64,000 nucleotides of DNA from Azolla caroliniana (GCA_043228905.1 JBHGNT010000014.1:3286001-3350000), one strand, 5' to 3'; shown: positions 13,875 through 26,457, counted from the stretch's first letter. Made by a program: numbers and translations. The notes: generated by a model from the letters alone, not told the origin.

Positions 13875-16800
13875 TGTCGCGTTGTTACGCGCGTGCGTGG
13901 AGAAGGGCGGAACCACGGGGGTCTTGGACTAAGGAGAAGGGGAGAAGGAATAGGACTTCGGAATGGAGCTTAGCACAAGAAGAGAAAGAATGAACAAGAG
14001 GAAGATGGAGGCCAAATGCTCAACAAGATATATTAGAACCGAAAACCGATTACAAAATGGCGGCCGCGTAAGCCGCACCAAACGACTATGATAAACCCGA
14101 AACCCTAATCCGACGAAGAAGGAAAGAAACCCTAACTAAGGAACCCTAAACGAAACCCTAACCCTAAAACGAAACGGTATACCTCACTCACACTCAAAAT
14201 AAGGCAACCCCCACAATGGTGCTCTTCCTCTCCTTTTATAGCACAAGGAGAGAAGACCGTTTTCAAAAGGGTGCTACAAAATATCCCCTTTTCAATCAAT
14301 GGGGATATTTCCCTTGATTTTAGGGGAGGTGGGAAGGATGGGTCTTAACTCCCACCTCTACACGAACTACTATGTACCTATCTCTCTCTCTCACGTGGAT
14401 GTGCGCGCAAAAGCACATCACCTTTACACTTTACAAATCCTAAGGTGCATTTCTAGCACCATACTTATCACTATCGATAAATAGAAATACAACATGTTGA
14501 TGTGCAACGTTGCACATCGCGGGTTTGCTTGCTTCGCTCGGTTTTCCGCCTATGGACGAAAATCTTCACGACATCCGCCCCCACCTAACCGCACATCCAC
14601 CGGTATGTGCCAAAAGGGGAACAAAACGCGAGATTTTCGGCCAAGGCGGCCAACCGAGCCCTTGACAACCTCGTGGGCTTGCCCGGCTTCGTCTTCCACT
14701 TCGAGCAAGTCCACCCCGTCCACACGAACCACCGTCGCCTTCCGGCCCACCACCTTTGTCGAATGGTCTCGAACCGTCGGCCCCATCCGATCCGCCACAC
14801 TCGACGACGCTCGCCGAGTCGTTGCCTCCACCTGATCCGCCACGTCCACCGTGTTTCCTCGAACCACCGACTACACTCGGACCGCCATATCCGATGCCCG
14901 CGCTTTCCTCCCCGTTCGGTCCTCCCGAACGCCGTTGCCGACCCTTTGTCCGCCTCGCATATCCTCCGGATCCGCCTTTTTCGTGCCGCGCACCTCGTCG
15001 TGCCGACTCTTCTCGCTCCGCGCTTGCCTTCCGTAGACTTTCCCCGTACGTCGGTGTCGTCCTCCGAATGCGTGCTCGTGCTTCGGTCCTTCGATGACCC
15101 CATCACGCATTTTTCGCCTTCCCTTTGCTTGCCGTACTCTCTCGCCGTAGAGCATACCATCGTTCCCGTGCTCGTTGCTTGGCCCTTATGCGGCCGTATT
15201 GCACGTTTCGCATTCCGCTCCTCTTCGCGTACCCTTTCGGAAAGGTACCCTTCTTCCCCGACCTCCGTTTCGCTCGGAGGAACACCCTCTTGGCCCTCTT
15301 GGCCCGCTCGACCGCACACATCCTTCGTGATGTCGTGTTCGTTCTTTTGGGCGCATACATCTTCGTTCTCCGCGACCTCCCGTATGCCTCTCTCGGTGCC
15401 TTCATCCGCTGTGGCCTTCGTCCCCTCGCCGCCACCGTCCGCCACTCTTGGTCTCTCGTCGGCACTCGCGCCGACCGCCGGAGTCTCTATAGCCGGTGTG
15501 GAGGATCCCTCTCGGGTCTTATCTTCGTGGCCGCCGGTCTTAGCCTCTCCGTAGGCCACCTCTTCCCACCAATCTTCCCTAGCATCGTGCCAGGTCTCGT
15601 CGTCGCCGCCTTCCTCCTCGTATTCGCCTCTCGAAGGCGTGATCCGACCGTCATCTTCGGTCGCTCGATGTGGCTCCTTCGTAGGCATGCTTGTGTCTTG
15701 GCCCTCCATCGGCCGTATTGCATGCATCTCGTCTCGCTCTTCCGCCGTAGACTCGACCTCCGTGTCGGTCTTCTCCTCCTTTGTCGCCGTAGCCCGTTCC
15801 GACACGGGCTCGCCGTCTTGGACCCACCCGTCCACCATCTCGTACCGGATATCCGTTCCGGTAACCTCGTACGCTCCGGCCTCCGACTCCTCGCCGCCAC
15901 CCGCCGTTTCTCCGGTCTTATGTTGATCCGCAACCGCCGTAGTCTCTAGAGTGGGTATGGAGGGTCTCGTTTGTTTCCGTTTTTCCCCCGAACCATGGTC
16001 GTCGTGCCCGGTTAGCCTCCATCTCGCGCTTACCGGCTCCCATCGTAACCGTAACCGTAACCGCCCAATCGGTCTCGCCGGCTTCCTTCGGTTTGGGCCC
16101 GGTTCGCCGGCCCTTACTCTTTTCTTCTTCCGTGCCGTATTCCGGTCGGGTCGGTTCCCGACTCTCTCCTCGTTTCCGCTTCGGTCCTCTCCGTCGGACC
16201 CACCGTATACGCCCATTCCGGGCCCCGCATACTTGTCTTCGTATGCGCTCTCTCCGGGCCTCACCTCCTCACGGTCACCGCCCATCTCTCCGGTCTCACG
16301 TTGGCATTCGAGCACAACCGCCGAAGTCTCCGGCCCCGGTGTCAAGGGGTCTTGCCTCCGTCCGCTCCAATCTTCCTTCTCGTTTCCGTTGCCCGCCTTG
16401 CCACCGTCACCTCCCGTCGCACTAAGCCTCATGCCGGCACTCGGGCCGGCCATTGGAGCCTCTAGGATTGGTGTGGGTAAGGACCCGGCACCGCCGCTTG
16501 TTGTCTCCGTAGCCGCTTTCGTTCGGACGTCGTTGTCCGTGGCTCCCCCATCTCCGATTCCGTAAGCCTCTAGTACGCTTGCCACCTCCTCTTCTTCGCC
16601 GTTCTCCGCGTCATTTTGTTTGCCCGCCTTGCCGCCGCCACCGCCCGTCGTTCTAGGTCTCGTGCCGGCACTCGGGCCGACCGCCGAAGCCTCTAGGGCC
16701 GGTGTGTGGAAGGTCGCGGCACCACCGCTCGCCTCCTCTCCGCTCGATGTTTTGGGCCGCCGTGCCCCGAATCTTCCGCCCACTTTCGAAGTGGCGCTCT

Positions 16801-19174
16801 CCGCTTCGTAGTCACCGGCCTCATCCTTGGCCGTCCATTCGCCGCAAGACGAGAGGGTTGCTCGCTCCGCACCCTCTCCCATGTCGTCGTCGTTTCGGTG
16901 GCCCGCCTTGCCGCCGCCACCGCCCGTCGTTCTAGGTCTCGTGCCGGCACTCGGGCCGACCGCCGAAGCCTCTAGGGCCGGTGTGTGGAAGGTCGCGACA
17001 CCATCGCTCGTTTCGTCTTCCTCCTCCATTTCGCAAGCCTCGAGTATGCTCGCGAAATCCTCGTAGAATGTTTCGGGCAACCGCGTCCCGAAACTTCCGC
17101 CCACTCTCGAAGTGGCGTCCATCGCTCCGTAGATATCGGCCTCGTCCATGGCCGTTCTTTTTCCCCGAGATGAGACGGTCGCTTGCTCCGCACCTTCTCT
17201 CGTGTCGACGCCGTGGTCGCCCGCCTTGCCACCGCCACCGCCTTTCACCATAGGTCTTACGCGGGCACTCGGGCCGGCCGCCGAGATCTCTAGGAATGAC
17301 GCGTGTAAGGTCGCGGGACCGCCGCTCGTCGATGTAATGTCCGTAGCCACCTCCGCTCGGACGTCGTTGTCCGTGGCTACCCCGCCTCCGTCGCCGGTCT
17401 CGTCCTCATCTCGGTTGTCCGCTTTGCCGCCGCCACCGTCCGTAGCTCTAGGTCTCGTGCCGGCACTCGGGCCGACCGCCGAAGCCTCTAGGGCCGGTGT
17501 GTGGAAGGTCGCGACACCGACGCTCGTCTCCTCCCGACTCGACGTTTCGGGCCACCGTGTCCCGAAACCGTAGTTACCGGCCTCCATGGCCGTCGCTTCA
17601 CCGCAAGGCAAGAGGGTCGCTTGCTCCACACCCTCTCCCATGTCACCGTCGTACGCTCTTCCGGCCTCGATTTTCGCCGTCACGATCTCGCACGCCTCCC
17701 ATACCAACGCCTCGAAGTCGTACTCCTCCGGTTGGTCGTGCATCGAGCTCTCTTCCGGCGGTGGTGTGTAGCCGCCCACCGCCCTCTCTTCTCCGCCGCT
17801 CGCGGGTCGTGTTGTGGCCGACCACCTCTTATCATGTTGTCGGCACACCCGTTCTACTTTGGGCCACTCCTCGGTGAGACCATGCGCCCCATAATCGTCT
17901 TGAAGCTCGAACATGATGTCCATCCTCTCCTCATGATGGACCGTCTTCAAAAATAGGAGGACTTTGTCCGCCCCCACCGATCTTCGTTCCCACTCCGAGA
18001 GTTGAGAGAAACGACGCTCGAACTCTCGGAATGCCTCTATTGCGCTCCGATGGCGCCTCGCCGACGCCACCCACCGATCGAACTCTCGCCGACCTCTTAC
18101 CTCCGATTCCGCGCACCCGTATGCCTCCATTAGAGCCCCTTCAAAGGACCCCCACGATTCGTGAGCTTCTTGGAGCTCCTTGACCTCCTCGTACTTTGAT
18201 GCGGCCGCCGCTCGACAAAAGAACTCTAGCCTCGTCGCTTTGTCCACGCCCATCCCCGTCATTTCCGCATCGTAGGCTCTCAAAAATTTTGGGACCTCCT
18301 TCCCATCGAACCGGCCGACTAGACGGACCACCCTTTCGACCGCTTGTTGAGCCGCCTCTCGCCTCGCCCTCTTCCGTCCGGCGTCCATCAAGATCTTTGC
18401 CATCATCTCCTCGGAGTCGAAGCCTTCTTCCATCTCTTTCTCCCTTGCCGCCCTTCACGTCGGGTTCACCAAAGATGTCGCGTTGTTACGCGCGTGCGTG
18501 GAGAAGGGCGGAACCACGGGGGTCTTGGACTAAGGAGAAGGGGAGAAGGAATAGGACTTCGGAATGGAGCTTAGCACAAGAAGAGAAAGAATGAACAAGA
18601 GGAAGATGGAGGCCAAATGCTCAACAAGATATATTAGAACCGAAAACCGATTACAAAATGGCGGCCGCGTAAGCCGCACCAAACGACTATGATAAACCCG
18701 AAACCCTAATCCGACGAAGAAGGAAAGAAACCCTAACTAAGGAACCCTAAACAAAACCCTAACCCTAAAACGAAACGGTATACCTCACTCACACTCAAAA
18801 TAAGGCAACCCCCACAATGGTGCTCTTCCTCTCCTTTTATAGCACAAGGAGAGAAGACCGTTTTCAAAAGGGTGCTACAAAATATCCCCTTTTCAATCAA
18901 TGGGGATATTTCCCTTGATTTTAGGGGAGGTGGGAAGGATGGGTCTTAACTCCCACCTCTACACGAACTACTATGTACCTATCTCTCTCTCTCACGTGGA
19001 TGTGCGCGCAAAAGCACATCACCTTTACACTTTACAAATCCTAAGGTGCATTTCTAGCACCATACTTATCACTATCGATAAATAGAAATACAACATGTTG
19101 ATGTGCAACGTTGCACATCGCGGGTTTGCTTGCTTCGCTCGGTTTTCCGCCTATGGATGAAAATCTTCACGACA
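13875..19174 (-). mobile_element. E7: non-autonomous Gag-only (TR-GAG-like) LTR element inserted in the E6 protease
   Basis: 699-bp LTRs 13875-14573 and 18476-19174 (2 differences seen); TSD acgg; same tRNA-Trp PBS as E6 (18455-18471); no RT, RNase H or integrase. Confidence 0.93.
14585..18433 (-). CDS. 1282-aa Gag-like protein: capsid-like N-terminus plus a long acidic Gly/Ala-rich repeat tail
   Basis: AVERVVRLVGRFDGKEVPKFLRAYDAEM aligns with E6 Gag SVERLVQRNGQFNGKDVSRYLRDYKAEM, and DKVLLFLKTV with DKVIMFLRAV; repeated ATFHTPALEASAVGPSAGTRPR-GGGGKA; uninterrupted from PBS to PPT. Confidence 0.85.
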   Translation of the reverse strand: MEEGFDSEEMMAKILMDAGRKRARREAAQQAVERVVRLVGRFDGKEVPKFLRAYDAEMTGMGVDKATRLEFFCRAAAASKYEEVKELQEAHESWGSFEGALMEAYGCAESEVRGRREFDRWVASARRHRSAIEAFREFERRFSQLSEWERRSVGADKVLLFLKTVHHEERMDIMFELQDDYGAHGLTEEWPKVERVCRQHDKRWSATTRPASGGEERAVGGYTPPPEESSMHDQPEEYDFEALVWEACEIVTAKIEAGRAYDGDMGEGVEQATLLPCGEATAMEAGNYGFGTRWPETSSREETSVGVATFHTPALEASAVGPSAGTRPRATDGGGGKADNRDEDETGDGGGVATDNDVRAEVATDITSTSGGPATLHASFLEISAAGPSARVRPMVKGGGGGKAGDHGVDTREGAEQATVSSRGKRTAMDEADIYGAMDATSRVGGSFGTRLPETFYEDFASILEACEMEEEDETSDGVATFHTPALEASAVGPSAGTRPRTTGGGGGKAGHRNDDDMGEGAERATLSSCGEWTAKDEAGDYEAESATSKVGGRFGARRPKTSSGEEASGGAATFHTPALEASAVGPSAGTRPRTTGGGGGKAGKQNDAENGEEEEVASVLEAYGIGDGGATDNDVRTKAATETTSGGAGSLPTPILEAPMAGPSAGMRLSATGGDGGKAGNGNEKEDWSGRRQDPLTPGPETSAVVLECQRETGEMGGDREEVRPGESAYEDKYAGPGMGVYGGSDGEDRSGNEERVGNRPDRNTARKKKRVRAGEPGPNRRKPARPIGRLRLRLRWEPVSARWRLTGHDDHGSGEKRKQTRPSIPTLETTAVADQHKTGETAGGGEESEAGAYEVTGTDIRYEMVDGWVQDGEPVSERATATKEEKTDTEVESTAEERDEMHAIRPMEGQDTSMPTKEPHRATEDDGRITPSRGEYEEEGGDDETWHDAREDWWEEVAYGEAKTGGHEDKTREGSSTPAIETPAVGASADERPRVADGGGEGTKATADEGTERGIREVAENEDVCAQKNEHDITKDVCGRAGQEGQEGVPPSETEVGEEGYLSERVREEERNAKRAIRPHKGQATSTGTMVCSTAREYGKQREGEKCVMGSSKDRSTSTHSEDDTDVRGKSTEGKRGARRVGTTRCAARKRRIRRICEADKGSATAFGRTERGGKRGHRIWRSECSRWFEETRWTWRIRWRQRLGERRRVWRIGWGRRFETIRQRWWAGRRRWFVWTGWTCSKWKTKPGKPTRLSRARLAALAENLAFCSPFGTYRWMCG

Positions 19175-19329
19175 ACGGCATCACGGATGGAGACGAAGGT
19201 GCTCGATAGCGGTGCGGCTTTTGCGCGAATTCGGAGCCAAAACGGTGGGAAATCCGTCCAATTCCTAACGGTGCCGGCAAATCACGAAAGGAACAAGAGG
19301 GAACTCTTGTCCCAAGTGAGAATGGATTT

Positions 19330-22300
19330 TTAAAGAGGACTGTTGCGGAGTGGGGAAGTGATAGTCCGAGAAGCCCTGATACCCCACACAGGAAGAAAAC
19401 TCTCGGAGCAAAACATGTACGAATCGGTCCGGATGGGGCATCTACGTACACGACCGTAACCGGAGGATTGAAGAAAGGATACCGACAAGTGGAGGATAAG
19501 TTGCGGTCGGCATCAATAATAAAAGAAGATGAAGAAATCGTGGGGATAGTCGAAGAAGTGTTCTATGGGAGCACGCTACAACGACTTGAAGAGCTTGCGG
19601 AAGATAAAAGCCAAGGGAACCGGGTAGTCCCGGTGGAATCGGTCGAGATGTATGAGATCATTGAGAAAATGGAGCCGGATACGCTCCGCAAAGAAGAAGC
19701 AATGGTAAGTACGAAATACAAGACCGTGGAGAAGAAGGTGAAACCGGCCGCGGGACCACTACCCGCCGATAGCGAACAAAAGAGGAAAGAAGTCTCGGGA
19801 GATCCGACACTTCGGAAGACCGTGGATATCGGACATGCCTTCACGGATGAGACCCGGAAGAAACTTCAGATCGGTGGAGGTGGGTTCCTATTACAGAAAG
19901 AAGAAGAACGGTTTCGCGAGATGTTGGAGCAACACGGCAAAGCGTTTGCATTTACATCAAGGGAGATAGGGTGCGTCGATCCGAGAATAGTGGAGCCGAT
20001 GGTGATCTTCACGATTGACCATGTACCGTGGAACCTGAAGCCGATTCCGGTGCCACAGACACATATTCCGAAAGTCATTGACTTGCTCAAAGAGAAGGTG
20101 GCGATGGGGATTCTAGAGCCATCAACTGCTCCGTACTCAAATCGATGGTTTACGGTTCCGAAGAAGAATGGGTCACTCCGATTTATCCAAGACTTGCAAC
20201 CGGTGAATAAGGTCACGATCCGGAACTCGGGAGTCGGTCCGGTAGTGGACGAATTTGCGGAAGCTTTTGCCGGTCGTGCGATATACTCCATCGGAGACCT
20301 ATATTCGGGGTATGACCAATTCCAACTAGCCGTGGAGAGCCGAGACATCACAACCATGCGAACACCGATAGGATTAGTCCGAATGTGCACACTACCACAA
20401 GGAGCGACAAACTCGGTTGCTCATATGATGAACGCGATGAACAAGGTGCTTCGAGACTGCATTCCGGAGATAACGATGCCGTTCCTCGATGACATTCCGA
20501 TGAAAGGATGCGCGGTCGAAGAAAAAGATGAGACTATGGATAATCGGGGATGCCGAAAGTTCGTGGTCGACCATATTCATGCTTGCGAGAAAGTGTTGCG
20601 AAAGCTAGAAGATGTGCACCTAACACTTTCCGGGGAGAAATCGGCATTCGGGCAAGAAGAAATATTGGTGGTCGGACATCTATGTGGGCCCTACGGCCGA
20701 AGACCGTCACCAACAAAGATCGATGCGATTCAAGCTATGGAGGAAGTATGCGAGTCAACATCCGAAGTCCGAAGGTTTCTCGGTGCATGTGCATTTTATC
20801 ACATATGGATTCCGCACTATGCACATATAGCGGACCCGCTCTACCACTTGTTGCGGAAAGGTAAGAAATTCGAATGGAAACCGGAACACACCAAAGCCAT
20901 GAAGAAATTGAAGAAGACACTTCGGAGGGCGGAAGCACTTAAAAAGCCGAGCTACGACCGACCGATCATAGTAACAGTTGATACAAGTCCAACCGGTATC
21001 GGGTGGGTCATCAATCAAGCCGACTCGGATGGTTCGCGGTATCCGATCCGATTCGGAGCAAAGGTTCTCAACGAAAGGCAACGTGGATATGCACAAGTCA
21101 AAAGAGAACTGTGGGGAGTCGTGTCGGCGATAAAATCGGATCGGGATTATTTGATCGGAGCCGAAGTGGTGATCGAGATGGATTGTCTTCCGATACTCGG
21201 GATGATGCGGTGTTGTACGATACCAGATGTAGCTATGCTAAGGTGGGTTGCATATGTCAAGTCGCTTAATCCGGAGGTTCGACACATCTCGGGGAAGGAA
21301 AACGCGGTAGCGGATATGTTATCAAGGGCTCGGTTCGGAGACGACATAACCGAATCGGATAATGAAGAAGTTTCCGAAGACTACTTCGCGTCGGAGCACA
21401 TATGCCGAGTGAACGTAATCCGAGAATTTCGGGAAGAAGAATATGAGGGAGAAAGTTTGATGATCGGAAAGATGTTACAAGAGGCCGAGGACTCGACAAA
21501 CGATAAAGGAAGAAGAGCCGAGATCCGAAGGAAGAAGAGGCAAGTCCAAAAGTTCTTCTTGGAAAACGGATTAATATGGAGGGCGCCGAAAAGACTGGAT
21601 GGTATACCACTTCGAGTAGTCGGGACAAAAGAGCAACAAGACCGGATAATGTCCGAGTTTCACGAATCCGATTGGGCTGGACACCGAGGAACATGGGCAA
21701 CATTTGTGAAGATCAAGCAAAAATATTGGTGGAAGAAAATGTACAAAGATATCGCGGAGTTTACGGAAAGCTGCGAGAAATGTCAAGTCTACTCCGGGGT
21801 TCGACATCGAGATGAGTTACATCCGACATTCTCACCGACAATCAACTTCAAGTGGATGGTCGACATAGTGGCCATGCCGACCGGGATCGGACAAAAGAAA
21901 TACTTGGTATTAGCTCGGGAAGATCTCATGAATCAAGTAGAAGGTCGAGCGCTTTAGAGGAAAACGTGTTCCGCGGTATGCCAATTTCTTTTGGAGGAAG
22001 TATTTTGCAGGTACGGGTGCGTAGGACAAGTGATTGCAGACCGGGGAGAACTCGACTCGGACAAAGCTAGGGGATTCTTCGCCAAACACGGAGTTCGGTT
22101 ATTGCTGACAACGACATACAATCCGGAGGCCAACGGGAAAATCGAACGAGGACATAGTCCGATCGTAAAAGCACTTGCGAAGGCATGCGATGGAAAGGTG
22201 AAGGACTGGCCGCAGATGCTTCCGTATGCACTATGGGCGGATCGGACGACGCATAGCTCCATAACCGGTTACATGCCGGCAGAACTCATGACCGGACAAG

Positions 22301-22965
22301 CACCGGTAATGCCGACGGAAACCGCGATCGCAACATGGACAGTGCTACCGTGGAAGGAAGAGATGAGCCGGGAAGAACTACTAGCGGTCCGGATACGACA
22401 ACTAGAGGGAAGACCGGCAGACATAGCGGAAGCAATACGCCGACAACAAGAAGCACGATTAAGGAACAAAAGCCGGTTCGACACAAAGCACCGATTACGA
22501 CCGAGGAGGATTGAAGAAGGAGACTGGGTGATCGTCTATGACAGTAGTTTGGACCATCAACATATAACGATGCGGAAATTCGCGAAAAGGTGGTTCGGGC
22601 CATACGAGGTTCGGAAAGTCTTCGACAATGGAACGTACCGACTGTCCGAGTTGGATGGAACAATACTACGAGTGCCTATAGCCGGGAAGCGGGTGAAGAT
22701 TTTCAAGAAGCGGACCGACGACAAACCCTATGTGATCCAAGCCAAGGCCGACTACGAGGAGCAATCAGACGAAGACCACGGGGATGCGGGAAGGGAAGAA
22801 CGTGAATTACAACTCATAGTCGACATAAGGGGAGAATCGGAGGAAGCTTTGGGTGAAGACGGATATGGGGAATCGAGAACTTTGGCACATACCGGAAGAT
22901 GTGCGGGTTCGGAGGGGGCGAGTGTCGTAGTGTATTCCACACACTACGTGAAAACCATAAAATAA
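19330..22965 (+). CDS. pol: E6 Pol (RT, RNase H, integrase); one in-frame TAG at 21955
   Basis: LPQGATNS and FLDD RT motifs; VDTSPTGIG RNase H; HRG...CEKC zinc finger; IADRGE and NGKIERGH integrase core; WFGPY. Confidence 0.93.
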
Positions 22966-23631
22966 TATATCCGAATTTAGATACATATAAATAAATAAAT
23001 AATATATCAAAAGAATTTACCACGTGCATAGGGCAAGATTCGAACCATGCACCTCCACGTAGATAAACCCCAACTTTACCATTGTAATAACTTATCTTTA
23101 GTGTTATAAATATAGATTTAATACGTATAAGACCTTTATTTACACATACCTTTATTAAAAAGTAAAAATCATGTATTCTTTAGAGTGTGAATATTTTATT
23201 TACACGTGACATTAAAAGTGACTCATGCACATCTAGCGTGCACGAGCCCTATATTTAGGAAATGACAAAACATCACATGCACATTTAGTGTGCATGGGCA
23301 CTTTAGGTGAAAAAGCATGAAGCCATGCTTAGCCTCTTCCATCTTTATATAAGGAGGAGAAAAATATGTATATGGTTGTTGATTAATATACAAGGCTGGA
23401 TCAATCGAATATATTTGTGGGGATTCACGAATTTTGCCATCTAAATGCTCTTATAATCTAAATATTGTTTTAATTACACTAAACTCGTGGGATTCACGAT
23501 ATTGCTATCTTACTTCTCTTTCCACTATTCATATCTAGCCTTAAGTTGTATTCCTCTTCCTCCTAGTCAAAAACCTCGGCGGTTCCCACCCGACTCACGC
23601 AACGATCCGGAGCCGAAGGGCACGACAACGT

Positions 23632-25658
23632 GTCTTGTTGTGCGGCATATTTCTTGGCGGCCTCAATATGCTTTCTTTTTTCTTCTAAGGCTTGGAGCCA
23701 TGACCGTTTTTGTTTTGATACCAAGTCGCTCTGCAACTGTCCTTTCTTCTGAATTGGCATTTGCTTAGCTCCATGGACAATTGTACTCGGCATACAAAGT
23801 AATAACTGGCAACCACCTTCAGGTTCCTATGTTGTAGAAGATGAATATTGTTTAGCATACAAAAGTGTAGAACCACTTATTCCATTTTTCTTTATCATAA
23901 AAATGTAATTGAAACTTATATTGTTTAACTGAGCAAGCACTTTAACATTCCCACCACCCCCATCTGATATATATCTCTTAAAGTCATATACCTCCTTCAA
24001 GTGTAACACTTTTGGGCGTGGTGGTGTATATGCATCACAAATGACATCAAATAGTTTAGGTAAAGTGAAAGCATCATGCCGAGACAACTGTCTGGAGAAT
24101 GTGCTAAACATTTGATCTATATGGTCATGTGTGTGGCCAACCAAAAGAAAATTGACTTTCACTTTCCTAAACAATTCTTGGTTGACCAACATACTTAGAT
24201 AGCCAAATACAGTTGAATTTTTGTTCTCTCTAGCAGTATTGTCCAATTGAATGTATATAACAGGGGGGAAAGGTTGGCCCCAAGACATCAAAACTCGGTG
24301 AATGACTGTAATTGTTAGGTTAGGGTCATTGTAAACATTGGGGTATGTAATGAAGACGTGAGGTCCAACAGACCTATTATAAGCCAAGCATCCCACCAAG
24401 TGCATTTGAACAAGGCACTCATCATTGACATCTTTGGGGAGCCTCCGCATATGCGGCAAGCACGTCTTCTTCTGGTCCATGCCATCTATCATTAAGCACA
24501 TGTATTGTTCGGGCCTCTTCAAACACTTCTCTCTATGATGCATCACCTTCTTTTGTTCTAAGGATTGTGCCTCATGATGCTCTTGTAGTAACTTCTTACT
24601 CATATCCTTTTCCATTGATGTCTTTGCACCTTTAGCCAAACTTTTAAGATTTGCACAAATGGAGCAATACCCCATACGTACTTTACGAGGAATGATAACA
24701 TTTGAAAACCGAGCTCTCCATAATCTTGTGAATTGGCTATAGGTGATAGACTTATTACGTGAGCCCAGCATATCAGATCGATAGACATCTTAAACTTCTC
24801 GACGTGTATAATTATCAGAAAGGTGCATCCTACCTGTAGTGGGCATTACTTCACAATTTAACTGAAAGTAAGTTTTCATCCAACCAATAACATGTCTTCC
24901 AATTGCACCTTCCATACTTGGAACCTCTTTACAATTGAGCATCTGATCCCCGCTAAGTAGACGTTGTTGTACTCTATGTAGTCGCATGTTACTAACACAT
25001 AACACAATTTTGAATGCAACTCTACATATCTGTTGCGCATGGAAGATATAATACTCGAATGATACTTTGATACCCGTACATTTGTCAGATACTAGTTGCA
25101 TATGTGACCCGAGGTAAGTGTCTTCTCATCACCGGTCATCGAAAAATAGTATCGCCTTAATTCTCGCAATTTTGATTTTCCAATCATAGACATACAACCA
25201 CGGGCACAACATATTTTTTTGACATCAAATCCAATCTGTTTATCTGATGTCACCAAGCTAAATCTAGCTAGACGAATTCTTCATGGGATTCTTCTAATAT
25301 GCATAGGGCTCCCAGATTTCTCTTCTTGCATAGAGGTTGGTGTAACCTTGTTACAATCTAATTCTTTGTTGTGACCATCGCCAATGTTATTCAATGTTTC
25401 CTTGGCACTACCTTCATTCTCCGTATCTTTATTAATATCGTATTCTTCAATAGAGAACTCTTCACATGTGTCATTGTTTACATTCCCTGTAGATGAGCTC
25501 AGACAATATTCTTCGATAGAATATGGTGAGTCTGTCAACAGACAATATTCTTCAATCGAATATGGTGACTCTGTCGACAAACAATACTCTTCAGTAGAAA
25601 ACGATGAGTCTGATGACAAACAATATTCTTCAATCGAGAACGATGAATCTTCACTCAT
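23632..25658 (-). pseudogene. E5 DDE transposase (Sola/DUF7869-like), N-terminal and catalytic parts
   Basis: CCARGC, ICRVAF, CSIC, LMIDGMDQ, IQLDNTARENKN, FLLVGHTHDHIDQMFS; stops at 25281, 24790 and 23827 and a frameshift near 25110. Confidence 0.85.
25501..25655 (-). repeat. Four 39-bp coding repeats (13-aa DSSFSIEEYCLSS type) at the transposase N-terminus
   Basis: Visible in ORF 25281-25658. Confidence 0.85.
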
Positions 25659-26342
25659 GGCTTAAGGTCTAGATAGGGCTCTGTAAGTTATGTGCTTAGG
25701 GTAAGGAAAAAAACTAATAAGCTCCTCTCTAAACATATACTCCTCTCTAAACAAAAGCCAAATCAATAGAATGTCTATATTATGTAATATTATATTAATA
25801 CAATACATAAAATTTTTATTTTTAATATAGTAATTGTATTTAAAATATCAATTATTATTTAAACTACATCTATATGAAGTTAAATCAAGTATAATATAAA
25901 TCTAATCATTACCAAGCCATCAATATGTTGGATTAATGTTAAAATCATTGGCTAATTAATGGCACCCATATTTGATATAGAACCTCTCACTCATTGGTTC
26001 TTTAATGCTCACCATTTTAAATATTAGACTTATCAATCATTGGTTAATTCATGCCCACATCTTTAATACACAACATTTGAGAGTCATAAAAATTGTTGCT
26101 TTTAGTAATCAATCATTGGTACATTCATGAACCTCTATCATTGTCTCCTTCATGACCTTTGAAGTCATTGCAGGTTGTTATCACTATAAAAGATTGATCA
26201 ATATGTTAGTTTGACTTTGTAATCATTAATTCAATCATAAGTTACTCTAGTTAATGTCACTGTGGCTACCAACTAACTATCCTCAAACTTACCAACCTTG
26301 GTTAAGGTGACTATGGTTAGTTTAACCAATGTGGTCAATCCC

Positions 26343-26350
26343 TATAAATA
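26343..26350 (+). promoter_or_regulatory. Putative TATA box of the cargo gene
   Basis: tataaata about 115 bp upstream of accATG at 26458, followed by a CA-rich leader. Confidence 0.5.
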
Positions 26351-26457
26351 GGAAGACCTCGTCATATTTCACTCACAAGAGCACACAGAGCACACAAAGC
26401 ACACAGAGCACGAAGCACAAAAGCGCGATCTCCGCCTCCACTGCCACACGATCAACC

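Larger units (their letters stand above)
11244..23627 (+). mobile_element. E6: young non-chromodomain Ty3/Gypsy element primed by tRNA-Trp
   Basis: 705-bp LTRs 11244-11948 and 22923-23627 (2 differences seen by eye); TSD acgt; PBS tggtgaacccgacgtga 11953-11969 complementary to the 3' end of plant tRNA-Trp; PPT ggagggggcgag. Confidence 0.95.

Noticed and set aside
14093-14170. Telomere-like AAACCCTA repeats (also 18694-18770)
   Set aside because: A few dispersed telo-box-like motifs in the E7 LTRs, not a telomeric array
14494-18594. Many overlapping plus-strand ORFs (up to 315 aa)
   Set aside because: Antisense shadows of the GC-rich 1282-aa ORF with no recognisable motifs
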